A model generated the notes under the pieces. That model saw nothing but the letters and a program-made list of their open reading frames with translations. It ran no database searches and was not told where the DNA came from. Of a stretch of DNA of 64,000 nucleotides, positions 48,611-61,510 are shown piece after piece. The number at the start of each line of letters is the position of its first letter. The first letter of the stretch is position 1. Both the position numbers and the translations under genes were made by a program. Source of the stretch: Octopus sinensis (lineage: Eukaryota); NCBI RefSeq assembly GCF_006345805.1, contig NC_043000.1, forward strand, positions 28,830,001 through 28,894,000, written 5' to 3'.

Positions 48611-49215
48611 TGGATATATATCAAGAGAGAGAGAGATAAAATATGACAGTTTTCACAAAGTTGTTTTTCATTGCGTAATGACTTATGAGTAATCTGATCG
48701 GATAATGTGTAAGCGAACAAGAAAACTGTATTGTATTTATTAGAAAAACCCGACGATTGTTTTCGTGTAATCATCAAAACTCTTCTATTGATCGTAGACT
48801 TTTGCTTGGTGATGCATCGTGATGATTGATAACAAATAACAATTCTCATTGAGTTTGGGGCTACTACACTTAATGAAGTGCGATAAAAATGTTTAATCAA
48901 TTATAATGATGCCTGTAATGAACAGGAACATCATTAGCGTTAATGATAAGAGACAGAGGAAGTCTAAGACAACCATAACAAATCAGTTGATTTCACCTTA
49001 TATACCACACTTTGATCTTAGCCAAAAGGCCAAGAAGCCGTATATAGCAAAAGTACATCGAACGGTGTACTTCTCATTAAATTTTCGTCACTTTGAATTT
49101 CGAAGTTCTCTTTGACTCTGAAAATAATTTCCATTAATGCTAATGGGTTTTTTTTTCTTTTTATTGTGAGGCAATTTTATTTATTAAATTTTGCTTTGGC
49201 TCACTATATTCAATA

Positions 49216-49610
49216 TACAGGTTATTCAAAAAGAAGGAGCAGATTTTAAAGTTATTTTTAAAGCAAATGGTAAGAGACACAAACACATTCTACATATTTC
49301 TTGATAGAGGAAGGTTTAAAGTTTATTTTAAGGTAGTATGCACTCAACATGAGCGCCATGAGCACCGGTGTTTTTTCCTTTATAAATGCAACCTTTTTCT
49401 GTGAAATTTTTATGCCATTCGTAAATTTGCTTGTGACGAGGTGGATTTTTATTGAATTGGCGGCGAAATTCCCGTTGCACTTGCACAATCGATTCGCATT
49501 TTTCAAACTGCAGCACACAAAAAAGACTTTTCTTGTGGCGTCGCCGTTTTCTAAGGGATTACACAAATGAAAATTATACAACTTTAAATAAAATGAACAA
49601 TATGAAACAT
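49216..49610 (-). mobile_element. Tc1/mariner (DUF4817-type HTH) internally deleted fragment with one TIR
   Basis: VFCVLQFEKCESIVQVQREFRRQFNKNPPRHKQIYEWHKNFTEKGCI; TA-CAGGTTATTCAAAAAG terminus. Confidence 0.75.
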
Positions 49611-50739
49611 TAAAACAAAATTTAAATATTATTTTATTTAAGGCTCAATTCAATTGATCATGTTCAGCTATGAACTTTAAACGTTTCCCTATCAAGAAAT
49701 ATGTAGAATATCTTTGTGTCTCTTACCGATGACTTAAAATTAAACAACGGCTTTTGATGCAGGGTAAAGGCTAGAAATTTGGGGAGAGGGGTTCAACCAC
49801 TACCGTTGATCTCAGAATTTCATTAGATCTTTATTTTATCGACCCCCATCTCTCGCCGAAAGGATGAAAGTCAAGGTTAACTTCGGTGGGAACTGAACTC
49901 GGAATTTAAAGCGTAGGGATCCAAAAATTATACAATTACCACTACGTCTAGTATTCATCTGAGCAACAATTTGTTTTTTTTCGTCCTCTCTGATTTCGTC
50001 ATTTCTCTTCCTCAGAGCACACTCGATGTGTCAGCCATACTTGTACGAAACATACAAACTGAACCATTTTAACCTGCTTTTTCCAGCAGATTGAGTTACC
50101 AAGAAGACACTGTTTTCTTGGATCGTGATATTGATGATAAAATGCAATTAATGCAAACAGGAATCGAAACCAGACTGTGAAATAGTCACTCCGGTAGCTT
50201 TACCTTTGATTTAAATTGATTTCGTTAGAGTCGACATACAACTGTTTATAGACTTCAATTTTATAGTATTGGTGGTAAAGGATCAGAAAACTGGAATTGA
50301 AACCGGATTGTAAATTTTACACTACTTGCCTCCAATTACATGACAGACATCACAAGAAAGAGAAATATCATAATCAAAAATATATTATTTCTCGTTTGAT
50401 AATTTTCTCTCGCTTTAAATATTATCTAGGTTTCTTTTTTTATCTCAATTAACGTTTTAATACCTGTGGAGTTAGTGATTTCGTAATGGTTTAGTTAATG
50501 GTTCGATCGAATTTCGGGATTTTGGTTTTTTTCCTGTAGAGAACAAACAAGAATAGTATTTTTAATGATTTTCTTTTAATTCTTTAAGCATACATATCAA
50601 AAGAGATAAGAAAAGGTAGTGGGCTCCTTACATCATTAACAATTGCTTAAGTGTATTATATCAATGTCTCTAAAATAATAAGATAGATTTAGTACTAAGA
50701 GAAATTCAGGATGGTTTTAATCTACATGTTGTTATGGCA

Positions 50740-51122
50740 AGGTGGAAGCGCAATGGCCCAGTGGTTAGGGCAGCAGACTCGCGGTCGTAGGATTGCGGTT
50801 TCGATTCCCAGACCGGGCGTTGTGAGTGTTTATTGAGCGAAAGCACCTAAAGCTCCACGAGGCTCCGGCAGGGATGGTGGTGATCCCTGCTGTACTTTTT
50901 CACCACAACTTTCTCTCACTCTTACTTCCTGTTTCTGTTGTACCTGTATTTCAAAGGGCCGGCCTTGTCACTCTCAGTGTCACGCTGAATATCCCCGAGA
51001 ACTGCTTTAAGGGTACACGTGTCTGTGGAGTGCTCAGCCACTTACACGTTAATTTCACGAGCAGGCTGTTCCGTTGATCGGATCAACCGGAACCCACGTC
51101 GTCGTAACCGACGGAGTGCTTC
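50740..51122 (+). mobile_element. SINE family C, full length
   Basis: tRNA-like head with A and B boxes, conserved body and tail. Confidence 0.9.
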
Positions 51123-51469
51123 CATCCATGTTATGGCAAGGTTTCTGAGGCAGAAACACATGCGCATGACTTTCCTCCAGACAATAAACCGTGGCTTGAG
51201 ATTATCTCCCCTTCTTATATTGAACTGATCTCAATCGCCGTTAAGTAACTGTGACAGCTTCTGTAGAGGATGGAGCTAGTTGGTAATTATGATTTCATTG
51301 GTCTCAGTACTTGACTGGTACTTTATTTTAATGATTCCAAACAAAGGCAGGGTTTACTTCGGCAGAATTTGAACCTAGATAGAAGAAATGTCGCAAGACA
51401 TTTTGTTTTCTACCGATATTCTAACGAGGCATCACTTGAATGAGTAACAATTGTTTCAAATGTTGGCAC

Positions 51470-52250
51470 AAGGCCAGCAATTTGGGGGAGGGGGCCAATC
51501 GATTAGATCGACCCCAGTACGCAACTAGTACTTAATTTATCGACCCCGAAAGGATGAAAGGCAAAGTCGACCTCGGCGGAATATGAACTCAGAACGTAAC
51601 GACAGACGAAATGCCTATTTCTTTACTACCTACAAGGGGCTAAACACAGAGAGGACAAACAAGGACAGACAAACGGATTAAGATGATCATATCGACTCCA
51701 GTGCGTAACTGGTACTTATTTAATCGACCCCGAAAGGATGAAAGGTAAATTAGACCTCGGTGGAATTTGAACTCAGAACGTAACCGCAGACGAAATACCT
51801 ATTTCTTTATTACCCACAAGGGGCTAAACACAGAGGGGACAAACAAGGACAGACATAGGTATTAAGTCGATTACATCGACCCCAGTGTGTAACTGGTACT
51901 TAATTTATCGACCCCGAAAGGATGAAAGGCAAAGTCGACCTCGGCGGAATTTGAACTCAGAACGTAACGGCAGACGAAATACCACTAAGTATTTCGGCCG
52001 GCGTGCTAACGTTTCTTATTTCATTATTGCCCACGAGGGGCTAAATATAGAGGGGACAAACAAGGACAGATAGAGAGCTTAAGTCGATTAAATCAACCCC
52101 AGTGCGTAACTGGTACTTATTTTATCGACCCCGAAAAGATGAAAGGCAAAATCGATCTCGGCGGAATTTGAACTCAGAACGTAACGGCAGGCGAAATACC
52201 GCTATGTATTTCGCCCGGCGTGCTAACGTTTCCGCCAGCTCGCCGCCTTA
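51470..52250 (-). mobile_element. SINE family B with four tandem units (~184-bp period)
   Basis: cgaccccgaaag recurs near 51541, 51725, 51909 and 52126. Confidence 0.9.
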
Positions 52251-53804
52251 CTTGAAGGATTAATAATAAAAACGTTTCATTTAGTGTAAATAGATAATTA
52301 TGAAATGCTATACACTCTATATATCCCTCAAATACCACTCTCAAAAAGGACGTATTGGATAGTGTAGTCCTAGATACACAACACTTAAAATCAAGATAGA
52401 ATAATTACGGCTGAGACAGCCAGAGATATAACTCCGTTTTATCAGACCTGACCCGGGGCTAAACAACATCATCAGCAACAATAACAACAACCACAGCAAC
52501 TAGAACCATCAATATGAAACGTGTCCCTACCAACACCCCTGCTACATATCAGACGCTGCCAGTGTGAGCATTACTGAACGAGAGAACAAAAAAACTAGAA
52601 CTGAAACTATTTGATTCTTTTTTATTATATGTTCCTGACATGTTAATCTACGATTTATCGCTTCCATTCACGATTGTTGCTCAATAAATCAAGATATGAC
52701 TTATAGCTGTGTCGTTGTTACTGATGTTGCCACCATTTTTGTTGTTATGGATAAGTGTTGTGGATGAATTTTGGCGTTGTTTTTTCCTTGCTCTTTTATT
52801 TTTTTGTTTTTTGGCATGATTTATATGAGCGAGTGCGTCCATGTGTGTGTTGATACATGTGTGTCTGTGTGTGTGTGTGTGTCTAGGTGTGAGTGTGTGC
52901 CGGCGCTGTGTGTGCGTGTGTGTTTATGTCAATGTTAGTATCTATGTATAGGTATATATATGCATACCTGCATATATATATATATATACACACACACAAC
53001 CCTGCAATATATATATATATGTATATATACATATGCATATGTATATATGCATGTATTTGTATATATATGTATATATGGGGTATATGTATATATATATATA
53101 TTGTATATATATATATATATAATATATATATATATCTATATATATATATATGTATATATGTGTATATATATATATGTGTGTGTGTATACATATGTATGCA
53201 TGTGTATATGTATATATATGTATGTATATATGTGTATGTTTATATATATATGTGTGTATATATGTGTTTATATATATATATGTATATATGTATGCATGCA
53301 TATATATATACATACATACATACATACATACATACATACATACATACATACATGTACATATACATATACATACATACATGCATATACGCGGTGGGGTTGT
53401 GTATTATTACAACTGAATAGGAAACATATGCAACTGATAAGAAATTGAAAGGAAAATATGGGTATTTATTTATGACTGAGAATGTGTACATATATGTTTA
53501 TATATGTGCATGTATGTGTGTGCATGTGTATGCGTGTGTTTATGTATCTGTTCTTACCGGTACCATGTAAACCATGTACAACCTCTCTCCTGGCGGGGCC
53601 ATTTGGAATTAAACCTTTAAAAACCCACATATTTTTTTCAGAAGTGAAGAGGATTCGGGAATACTTTGAAGGCGCAAAATGATAACGCCTATCAAAGATG
53701 TGAGGGAGTTTTTTGTGGGACAATGGCCATTCACTGCTATAATTTGTACCGTGTCATTGGCTTCAGGAGCGGAACGGCCACGTGTGAAGCTTCTGGTTAA
53801 AGTT

Positions 53805-54006
53805 TACTCTTTTATTTGTGGCCATGCTGGAGCACCGCATTTAGTCAAGCAAATCGATCCCAGGACTTATTCTTTGTAAGCCTAGTACTTATCGCTAAGT
53901 TACAGGGACGTAAATACACCAGCATCGGTTGTCAAGCGATGTTGTGGGGACAAACACAGACACACAAACATACACACACAAACATATACACACATACATA
54001 TATATG

Positions 54007-54037
<31 letters not shown>

Positions 54038-54255
54038 TATAATATTATATATATATATATATATAATATATATATATATACATATATATACGACGGGTTT
54101 CTTTCAGTTCCGTCTACCAAATCCACTCACAAGGCTTTGGTCGGCCCGAGGCTATAGTAGGAGACTCTTCCCCAAGGTGCCACGCAGTGGGACTGAACCC
54201 AGAACCATGTGGTTGTTAAGCAAGCTACTTACCACACACACACTCCTACGCCTAT
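53805..54255 (-). mobile_element. SINE family A
   Basis: Reverse complement of family A. Confidence 0.88.
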
Positions 54256-54374
54256 TAATTTTACAGGAAAATCAAACCTATTTCTTATGAATTTACCCTG
54301 AAATATATTATGCTAATAGTTCTCTCGATTCTCTTGTACACACTATTAGCCATACAATGGCTTTTAAAAAGAGG

Positions 54375-54700
54375 ATTTAATTCTGCTGTGCCCTTAAGGT
54401 ATACTTTCATTTGTACGGGTACCTCTTGGTTGGCTTTTTCAGCACCAATATCATCTCGTTTCCTTCTGTGCAATAAAGTGTGAAGATTCTGTGGAAAATA
54501 CATGTTTTCAATGCTAACGTTAGTGTAAGTTGAGACTCGATCTATTCTTAGACACAAAAAACATGTCCGACATTCCGTCTTCGTGACTTTAGTATCAGGA
54601 ATATCTTTCACAATGAAATACCACCTCTTTCGTAGATTCATCAAATAGAAGGTGTCATATAAACAAAAGCATTCACGATTTTTTCAGTCACATGTCTTGG
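54375..54700 (-). mobile_element. Probable piggyBac transposase C-terminal remnant
   Basis: RKRW..KTECRTCFLCL then, after a frameshift, KNRSSLNLH-stop resembles the piggyBac cysteine-rich tail; degenerate TTAA end near 54377. Confidence 0.35.
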
Positions 54701-54777
54701 TTTATTGTTTCTGTGGTTTATAAGATGTAGAATTTTCGTCTTGTTTCAGGACGAAATGGCCTTACTCGAATTCGAGT

Positions 54778-54827
<50 letters not shown>

Positions 54828-55247
54828 CATATATATACTTGTGTACATGTATGAAGGTATATATCTATGTATGCATGCCTAACTCGCAACTTAAAATTCA
54901 TCTAATAGAATTAGCACCACCGTGGGGCAGGTTACCAACTTATCTTCCGAGGGGCAGCCATTCATATGTGTGTGTCTGTGTATATAAATATATGTATGCA
55001 TATTATTGTATTAGATTACATATTGTATATTATATGTGTATAATCTATATTACATACTATATAATCATATACATATATCTGTATGGCAAAATCATTTGCA
55101 CATCCGACACGGCTGTTAGCGGCATTTCGTCCGACTTTAAGTTCAGAGTTCAAATTTCGCCATTCATCCATTCGGGGCCGATAAAATATGTACCAATCAA
55201 GTACTGGGATCGAAAAACTGCTGAACCTGTGCGAGAATGTGAAACCA

Positions 55248-55612
55248 TTATTACCTCTACCTTCGGTAAGGCAGACGTATTGTTTTGAGTATTGTTTTTT
55301 TTTATGTGATTGTTTGTTTGTTTGTCTGTGGACAAGATATCTCATGAACCGCTGGATGGATTCGGATGAAACTTTCAGGTATGTTTGGCCTTGTAACTGG
55401 CACGAACTGATTAAATTTTGGGATCAATCCGGTACCGGACAAGGTTTCTAGATTATTTTTGAGAGCGGTTGGGTAAATTTTTAGAATTCTCGTTTGTGAG
55501 AGTAGTCGAGTTTATTTCAGATATCTTCATTTTAAAAACTCTCTCTGGCCAATGGTTGAGAGGACGTTAGTGTTGCCTTGGCGGAGGTTTGCGCTCTCTG
55601 AGTACTCTTGTT
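55248..55612 (+). mobile_element. Helentron/DINE-1-like non-autonomous element
   Basis: ttattacctctacc.. start, (GTTT/GTCT) tract, gatatctca..ggatggattcggatgaaacttt core, 3' ttggcggaggtttgcgctctctgagtactctt end. Confidence 0.75.
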
Positions 55613-56216
55613 TATATAATATTATAGCCACATGACAGCCAATTAAATTTATTATCGAAAGATTTCATGCCAAATATGTCGGGCAAATTTAGCAATCATC
55701 AGATATGGTTGAAATGGCAAAAAGAAAACTCTCAGAAATCAGTCCCAGTAAAAATATATGCATTTGCTATTAAATAAAAATGCAGAGCGCACTGCAAAAG
55801 ATAACAGTTATAAATCCCAAGTCATAAATGTCCCATCACTATATACATTGTATGACATCCGAGCGTGTAAGTCGTCAAATAAACATGCATGAGTCAGGAA
55901 AATGAAAGAAAAACAATCACTTCTTTATACATACATGTCCCGATGATTGCTAAATTTGACTCTCCTTATTTGGTATGAAACTGTCCAATAACAACTATAA
56001 TCAGCAGTCATGAGACTATAATATTATATGAATAATAACAATATATTAAGTTTATGAATTTCTGCTGCAAGATTCCCAATGTGAAACCGTGTGTTGAAAC
56101 AGATATTGTTGTATTTCGAGATGATCATTTTTCTTTTAGCCAAATATAAGTATGTATATATATATATTTACGTTTCATACTTTATTATTTGTGCATGTAT
56201 GTGTATGCACGAGTAA

Positions 56217-56249
<33 letters not shown>

Positions 56250-56257
<8 letters not shown>

Positions 56258-58065
56258 GAGCAAAAATACTGGAGATTCAATATACACCACGTTGCAAAAT
56301 AAAATATGTGGAAAACAAAAAGAGGAAGAGAAATGCCTTCGTTTCACATAGTTTAATACCTTTTTATAAAGAAAAATTTTCAATATATACACATTTTATG
56401 GATGTCGTGATATCCAACCGGTTTTCGCTATTTAAGTTAGCTTTTCAAGGGAAATTGTGGAGTAATCAATTCTTGTGACAAAAGGCTCTTGCCATTTTGG
56501 ATACTTGAAAAATATGTATGAATCTAGAGATTGGACCAAAGGAGGCAACAGATGGCAAGGGGGACAACTAACTCTTCAGTATAATTTTTGAAATGTTCAA
56601 ATTCGTATATTAAGTTGTGGTCTGTACTTTTGTATGAGCAGGTTTTCCTTGTTTAGGAGTTCTTGTAAGGAGATTGAATCTTTTCATTGGTATAATGGAA
56701 AAGATATGGACATTCGGCGTTTGATTTCTTGCGCATCCGACGATATGTTCGTTCAGGGCTATCTGCCTCTATTGAGGAAAACGAATCTGTTCTTTATGGA
56801 GCGTGACTCTGTGTCTCAAAGTAAGGCTCGCTTGGCTCACATAATTGTGGCCACAACCTGAGCATGTTAGAGCATAGTTAAGGTTCTGGGAAGCACATGT
56901 GAAGTTGGTCTTAATTGAGAATGTTTCTCCTTGCTGGAATGTGAATTCTGAGCCTTCCGTTAGATATGGGCATGTACCACAATTAGGTCGTCTGCATTTT
57001 TTCACTGTTGGTATCGTATGTATTGAGTATAGTTTTGCATTACTTAGGAGTCTCTTGAGTGATTTGTGTTGTCTTCTGCATTTGAGGAGTTTATGTGTAT
57101 TTAGGATGTTGTTCATTTTCGGGTCTTGAGTGAACAGAGGGAGATTTTGAATAATTGTGTTGTATGCTTCATTGTTTCTGGGGTTGTGTATGGGAGTGAT
57201 TTAGAGTGAGGTGTAGTGTTTTGTTTTGTTGCCCTTAATGTGTTTGTGTCCAATTTCTTGGCACGTTCCCGAGTGGTTGTGTCAGATACAATTGTACAGT
57301 TCCTTTTTACTGGATTGGATGGGATATTTATTTTGGTGAGAACTGTAAAGGAGATACTGTTTTGAGTCTGTTGGCTTGTAGTAGATGTCAGTTGCAATTT
57401 GGTTGTTGGATTATTTTATAATCAAAATGTCCAGAAATGGGAGCTGTTCCTTACTATATTCCATTGTAAGTTGAATATTGGAGTTTATATTGTTCAATGT
57501 GGTTTTGAAATCCAGACGTTTATCATGGGTTTCATTCCAGATGATAAAACGATCGTCTAGGTACCTTTTCCAGTTTTCTCTTATTTACTGGTGAAATGGG
57601 AGTCCAAATTTTCGGAGCGAAACCCATTATTAGGTTCGCAAGGACGGGTACTGCTTTCGTTCCCGTCGCAATACCACATTTTTGGTGGTAGTATGTTGCA
57701 TCGAATAGGAAATAATTGATTTGTAGGATGCACTTCAGGGATTCAATGACAAAAGTCTGGTTTATGCGATCCGGGAGAACTTCGGGGTATTTTTCTAACC
57801 GGAATTTTATTGCCTCTATTCCTTAGTTATGTGGAATGTTAGTGTAGAGGTTGATGACATCGAAGGAGACTAATAGTGCTTCTTCGTTGGTGATTTTTGG
57901 TAGATGCTCTAGCATGTCCAGATCGTCTCTAATGAAATTTTGAATGTATCTGAGGAAAGTTTTCAATAGTATGTCCAGAAAGTTGAAATAGACTAGTACT
58001 TTCATGCGTTACGCAATCGTCAGGTTAATATAGTGACAGTTGTGTTCCATAATTGATAACACAGT
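56250..58065 (-). mobile_element. Penelope-like element (Neptune-like), decayed RT + GIY-YIG
   Basis: LVSFDVINLYTNIPHN (motif A), YHQKCGIATGTK (motif B), WKRYLDDRFIIW (motif C), then KKCRRPNCGTCP..TCASQNLNYALTCSGC; HHR-like motif downstream. Confidence 0.9.
56413..56451 (-). ncRNA. Hammerhead-like motif, U3-A8 variant, degenerate
   Basis: Minus strand: ccc TTGAAAA gcta acttaaa tagc GAAAA CCGGTT gga. Confidence 0.55.
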
Positions 58066-58070
58066 CTGCC

Positions 58071-58105
<35 letters not shown>

Positions 58106-58144
58106 GAAGAGAGAGAGAGTGAGAGAGAGATACACGTATATGTA

Positions 58145-58545
58145 TCGTGGCCGTCGGTAAGAAGCTTGTTTCCCAACAACATGGTCCCGGGTTCAGTCTC
58201 ACTGCGTTGCAGCTTGGGCAAGTGTCTCCTACTATATAACTCGAGCCAACTAAAGCCGTGTGAGTGAATTTGGTAGACGGAAACTGAAAGAAGCTCGTCG
58301 TATATATATGAATATGTGTGTGTGTATGTGTGTGAGTGTGTGTATGTGTGTTTGTCTTTGTGTCAAGTGGTGCCTCACCACCACCTCACAACCGATGTTG
58401 GTTTGCTTACATTCCCATAACTTAGCGGTTCTGCAAAAAGAAAAGCCGGTAGGAAAAATACCAGGTTTTACAAAATATAATAAATCCTGGGGGCGATTCA
58501 TTCGTCAAGGTGGTATCCCACCATTGCCACAGTAGAAGATAAAAG
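58145..58545 (+). mobile_element. SINE family A, older copy
   Basis: Degenerate match to family A. Confidence 0.75.
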
Positions 58546-58586
58546 ATATATAGATATAAACACGCAAACACACACATAGATGCATT

Positions 58587-58627
<41 letters not shown>

Positions 58628-59516
58628 ATTGTTAGGCGTTTTTGTGTGTTAACAAAGGAGAGGGCGATGAGAGAGGAAGAAGTGAAAGGTGTGGGTGCAT
58701 CTGATAGAGAAGTTTATGAATAATGCAGACTTCCTCGGTTTCATGCAACACATATTTGCTTGAAATCGGAGAGGGGGAAAAAGAAAGATAAGCAACGCCA
58801 GTTGAGCAAAATATTATATCATTGAATTCAGTGATTATAATACAAATCGAAGTAGGGGTGGAGGTGGAGGAGGAGAAATAGGAGGAGGTGTATGAAGAGG
58901 AGGTGGACAATGGCGAGTAACTCAGAGTTCTGTTACACTTATCAAATCATGACTTGTTCATCGGAAATGTAGAATGTAATAATGATCTCTGAAAATCTGT
59001 AATTTCCTGTGAGCTATTCTCGTCAGAACTTGATTCCGCGTTGTTCACGACGACCATATCTTATCGCTGTAAATTAAAGTTCTTTCTAACAAACCCAAAA
59101 CCACCACCACCACCACCACCGCCGCCACCATCACAACCACCACCGCCGCCGCTATCACCATCACCACCCTCATTCTTCTCCTCCTCCTCCTTGTCCTTCT
59201 TCTATTCCTGCTGTTTCCCCTTGTCGTCGCCCATCCCCCATTCACCCCCAACCGGTTCTCGTCCGTCTCAGCGACCACGATAATTTTATTTTGTTACTAC
59301 CGCTATTCTTATTAATGTAGTTGTTGCAGATGGTGGTGGTGGTGGTGGTGATGGTGGTGGTGGTGGCGGCGGTGGTAGTGGTGGTGGTGGTGGCGGTGGC
59401 AGTGGTGGTGGTGGTGGTGTTTATATTTTTGCTGTAATTTTCTTATATTTTCGGTTATTTATAATCTTCATTTTTTTGCCATATACATACACACACACAG
59501 ACGCACACATACGCAC

Positions 59517-59550
<34 letters not shown>

Positions 59551-59839
59551 GTACACACATACGTGTCAGTGTGTATATGTATATTTATACGTTCTTGTAA
59601 TTTTCAAGCCATTTTTTTTTCTCAGCATACAAATGTTTGGCTTGGTACCTTAACCAAACAGCCATTTTGTCTGAGTAATATTCTTTCGGTTCCACTTCCC
59701 ATAAACCCACTTCCTGTTAAATATTGAAACAAAGAAATTCCAAAACAATGTTTCACAATAATTTTTAAAACCAAACACAATAAACAACCAAATTTAATCA
59801 ACGAAATACCATTTCCATTCACCCACCCACTCCTTTCAC

Positions 59840-60452
59840 GCTTTCTCCCCCTCTCTCTCTCTCTCTCTCTTCCCTCACTCTGTCTCTCGTCCTCTCTCTC
59901 TCTTTCCCCTTTCTCTCTCTTACCTCTCTCTCTCTTCCCCTCTCTCTCTGTGCATTTCCCTCATCTCTCATTCATATATCTTTCCCTCCCTCTCTCTATC
60001 TCTCTCTTTCCCTTCACCTCTCTTTCTCTCCCTCCCCTCTTTCTCTCCTCTCTCACTCTCTCTCTCTGCGTTTCCCTCATCTCTCATTCATATATCTTTC
60101 CCTCCCTCTCTCTTTCTTTCTCTATCCCTCCACCTCTCTTTCTCTCCCTCCCCTCTCTTTCTCCTCTTTCTCTCTCTCTCTCTCTCTGCGTTTCCCTCAT
60201 CTCTCATTCATACATCTTTCCCTCCCTCTCTCTATCTCTCTCTTTCCTTCCACCTCTCTTTCTCTCCCTCCCCCTCTCTCTTCCCTCTCTATGTTTTTCC
60301 TCCACCCCTGTCTCTCTCTTTCCCTTCACTTCTCTTCTTTTTTTCTCCACCTCTCTTACTCCTTTCCCTCTCTCTCTCTCCCTCACCTCCTCCAATTCAT
60401 ATTGCTCCTTCTTTCTTTCTCTCTCTCTCTCTCTCTCTTACACATACACACA

Positions 60453-60500
<48 letters not shown>
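59840..60500. repeat. CT-rich low-complexity tract containing a ~120-bp minisatellite (x3)
   Basis: tttccctcatctctcattcata recurs near 59953, 60070 and 60191. Confidence 0.9.
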
Positions 60501-60503
<3 letters not shown>

Positions 60504-60954
60504 AATCCCTCCAATACAAATATGAATTGTAAAACGTAAGTCTAAGTCTTGGTGACATTATTAACCTCTCGAAACCAGTTCAGCTTCTACAACTGAAGGA
60601 AGCTTTCCTCTATGCCGCACACCAATACAAGAAATATTGTTATAATTATTGCAAAAATCAACTCAAAACAGTCGAATGCAATTAATGCATCTTTAGTTCG
60701 AGTTTCGCAGACATTTTTGGTTATGCTATCGTTTTTTGTATTATTTTGACAAAAATGGTTTCTCAATAATTTTGTCACAAAGCCGGTAATTTTGAAACAG
60801 AGGGTAAGTCGATTACATCGTCTCGCACCTGACTACTACTTATTGAAAAAGATCGAAAGCAAAGTCAAAATCAAGCAGAGCTTGAACTCAGGATATAAAG
60901 ATCTGGATAAAATACTGCTAAACATTTTTTGTACAATGCGCTAACGATTCTAAG

Positions 60955-61510
60955 GCGGCGAGCTGGCAGAGACGTTAGCACGCCGGGCGAAATGCGTAGC
61001 CGTATTTCGTCTGCCGTTACGTTCTGAGTTCAAATTCCGCCGAGGTCGACTTTGCCTTTCATCTTTTCGGGGTCGATAAATTAAGTACCAGTAACACACT
61101 GGGGATCGATGCAATCGACTTAATCCGTTTGTCTGTCCTTGTTTGTCCCCTCTGCGTTTAGCCTCTTGTGGGTAGTAAAGAAATAGGTATGTCGTCTGCC
61201 GCCACGTTCAAATTCTGCCGAGGTCGACTTTGCCTTTCATCCTTCCGAAGTCGATTAAATAAGTACCAGTTACGCACTCGGGTCGATATAATCGACTTAA
61301 TCCGTTTGTCTGTCCTTGTTTGTCCCCTCTGTGCGTAGCTCCTTGTGGGCAGTAAAGAAATAGGTATTTCGTCTGTCTTCATGTTCTGAGTTCAAATTCT
61401 TTATCTTTCATCCTTTCGGGGTCGATAAATTAAGTACCAGTTGCGTACTGGGGTCGATCTAATCGACTGGCCCCCTCCCCCAAAATTTCGGGCTTTGTAC
61501 CTAGAGTAGG
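60955..61510 (+). mobile_element. SINE family B with tandem units
   Basis: Head ggcggcgagctggcagagacg plus three units. Confidence 0.88.

Noticed and set aside
51470-52250. Regularly spaced repeats resembling a CRISPR array
   Set aside because: Units are contiguous SINE-derived ~184-bp repeats without unique spacers, in eukaryotic context.
59095-59420. Inverted (CCA)n and (GGT)n tracts and a poly-Pro ORF
   Set aside because: Complementarity is expected between simple repeats of opposite orientation; nothing else supports function.
59950-60525. 191-aa Ser/Leu ORF
   Set aside because: CT low-complexity tract.
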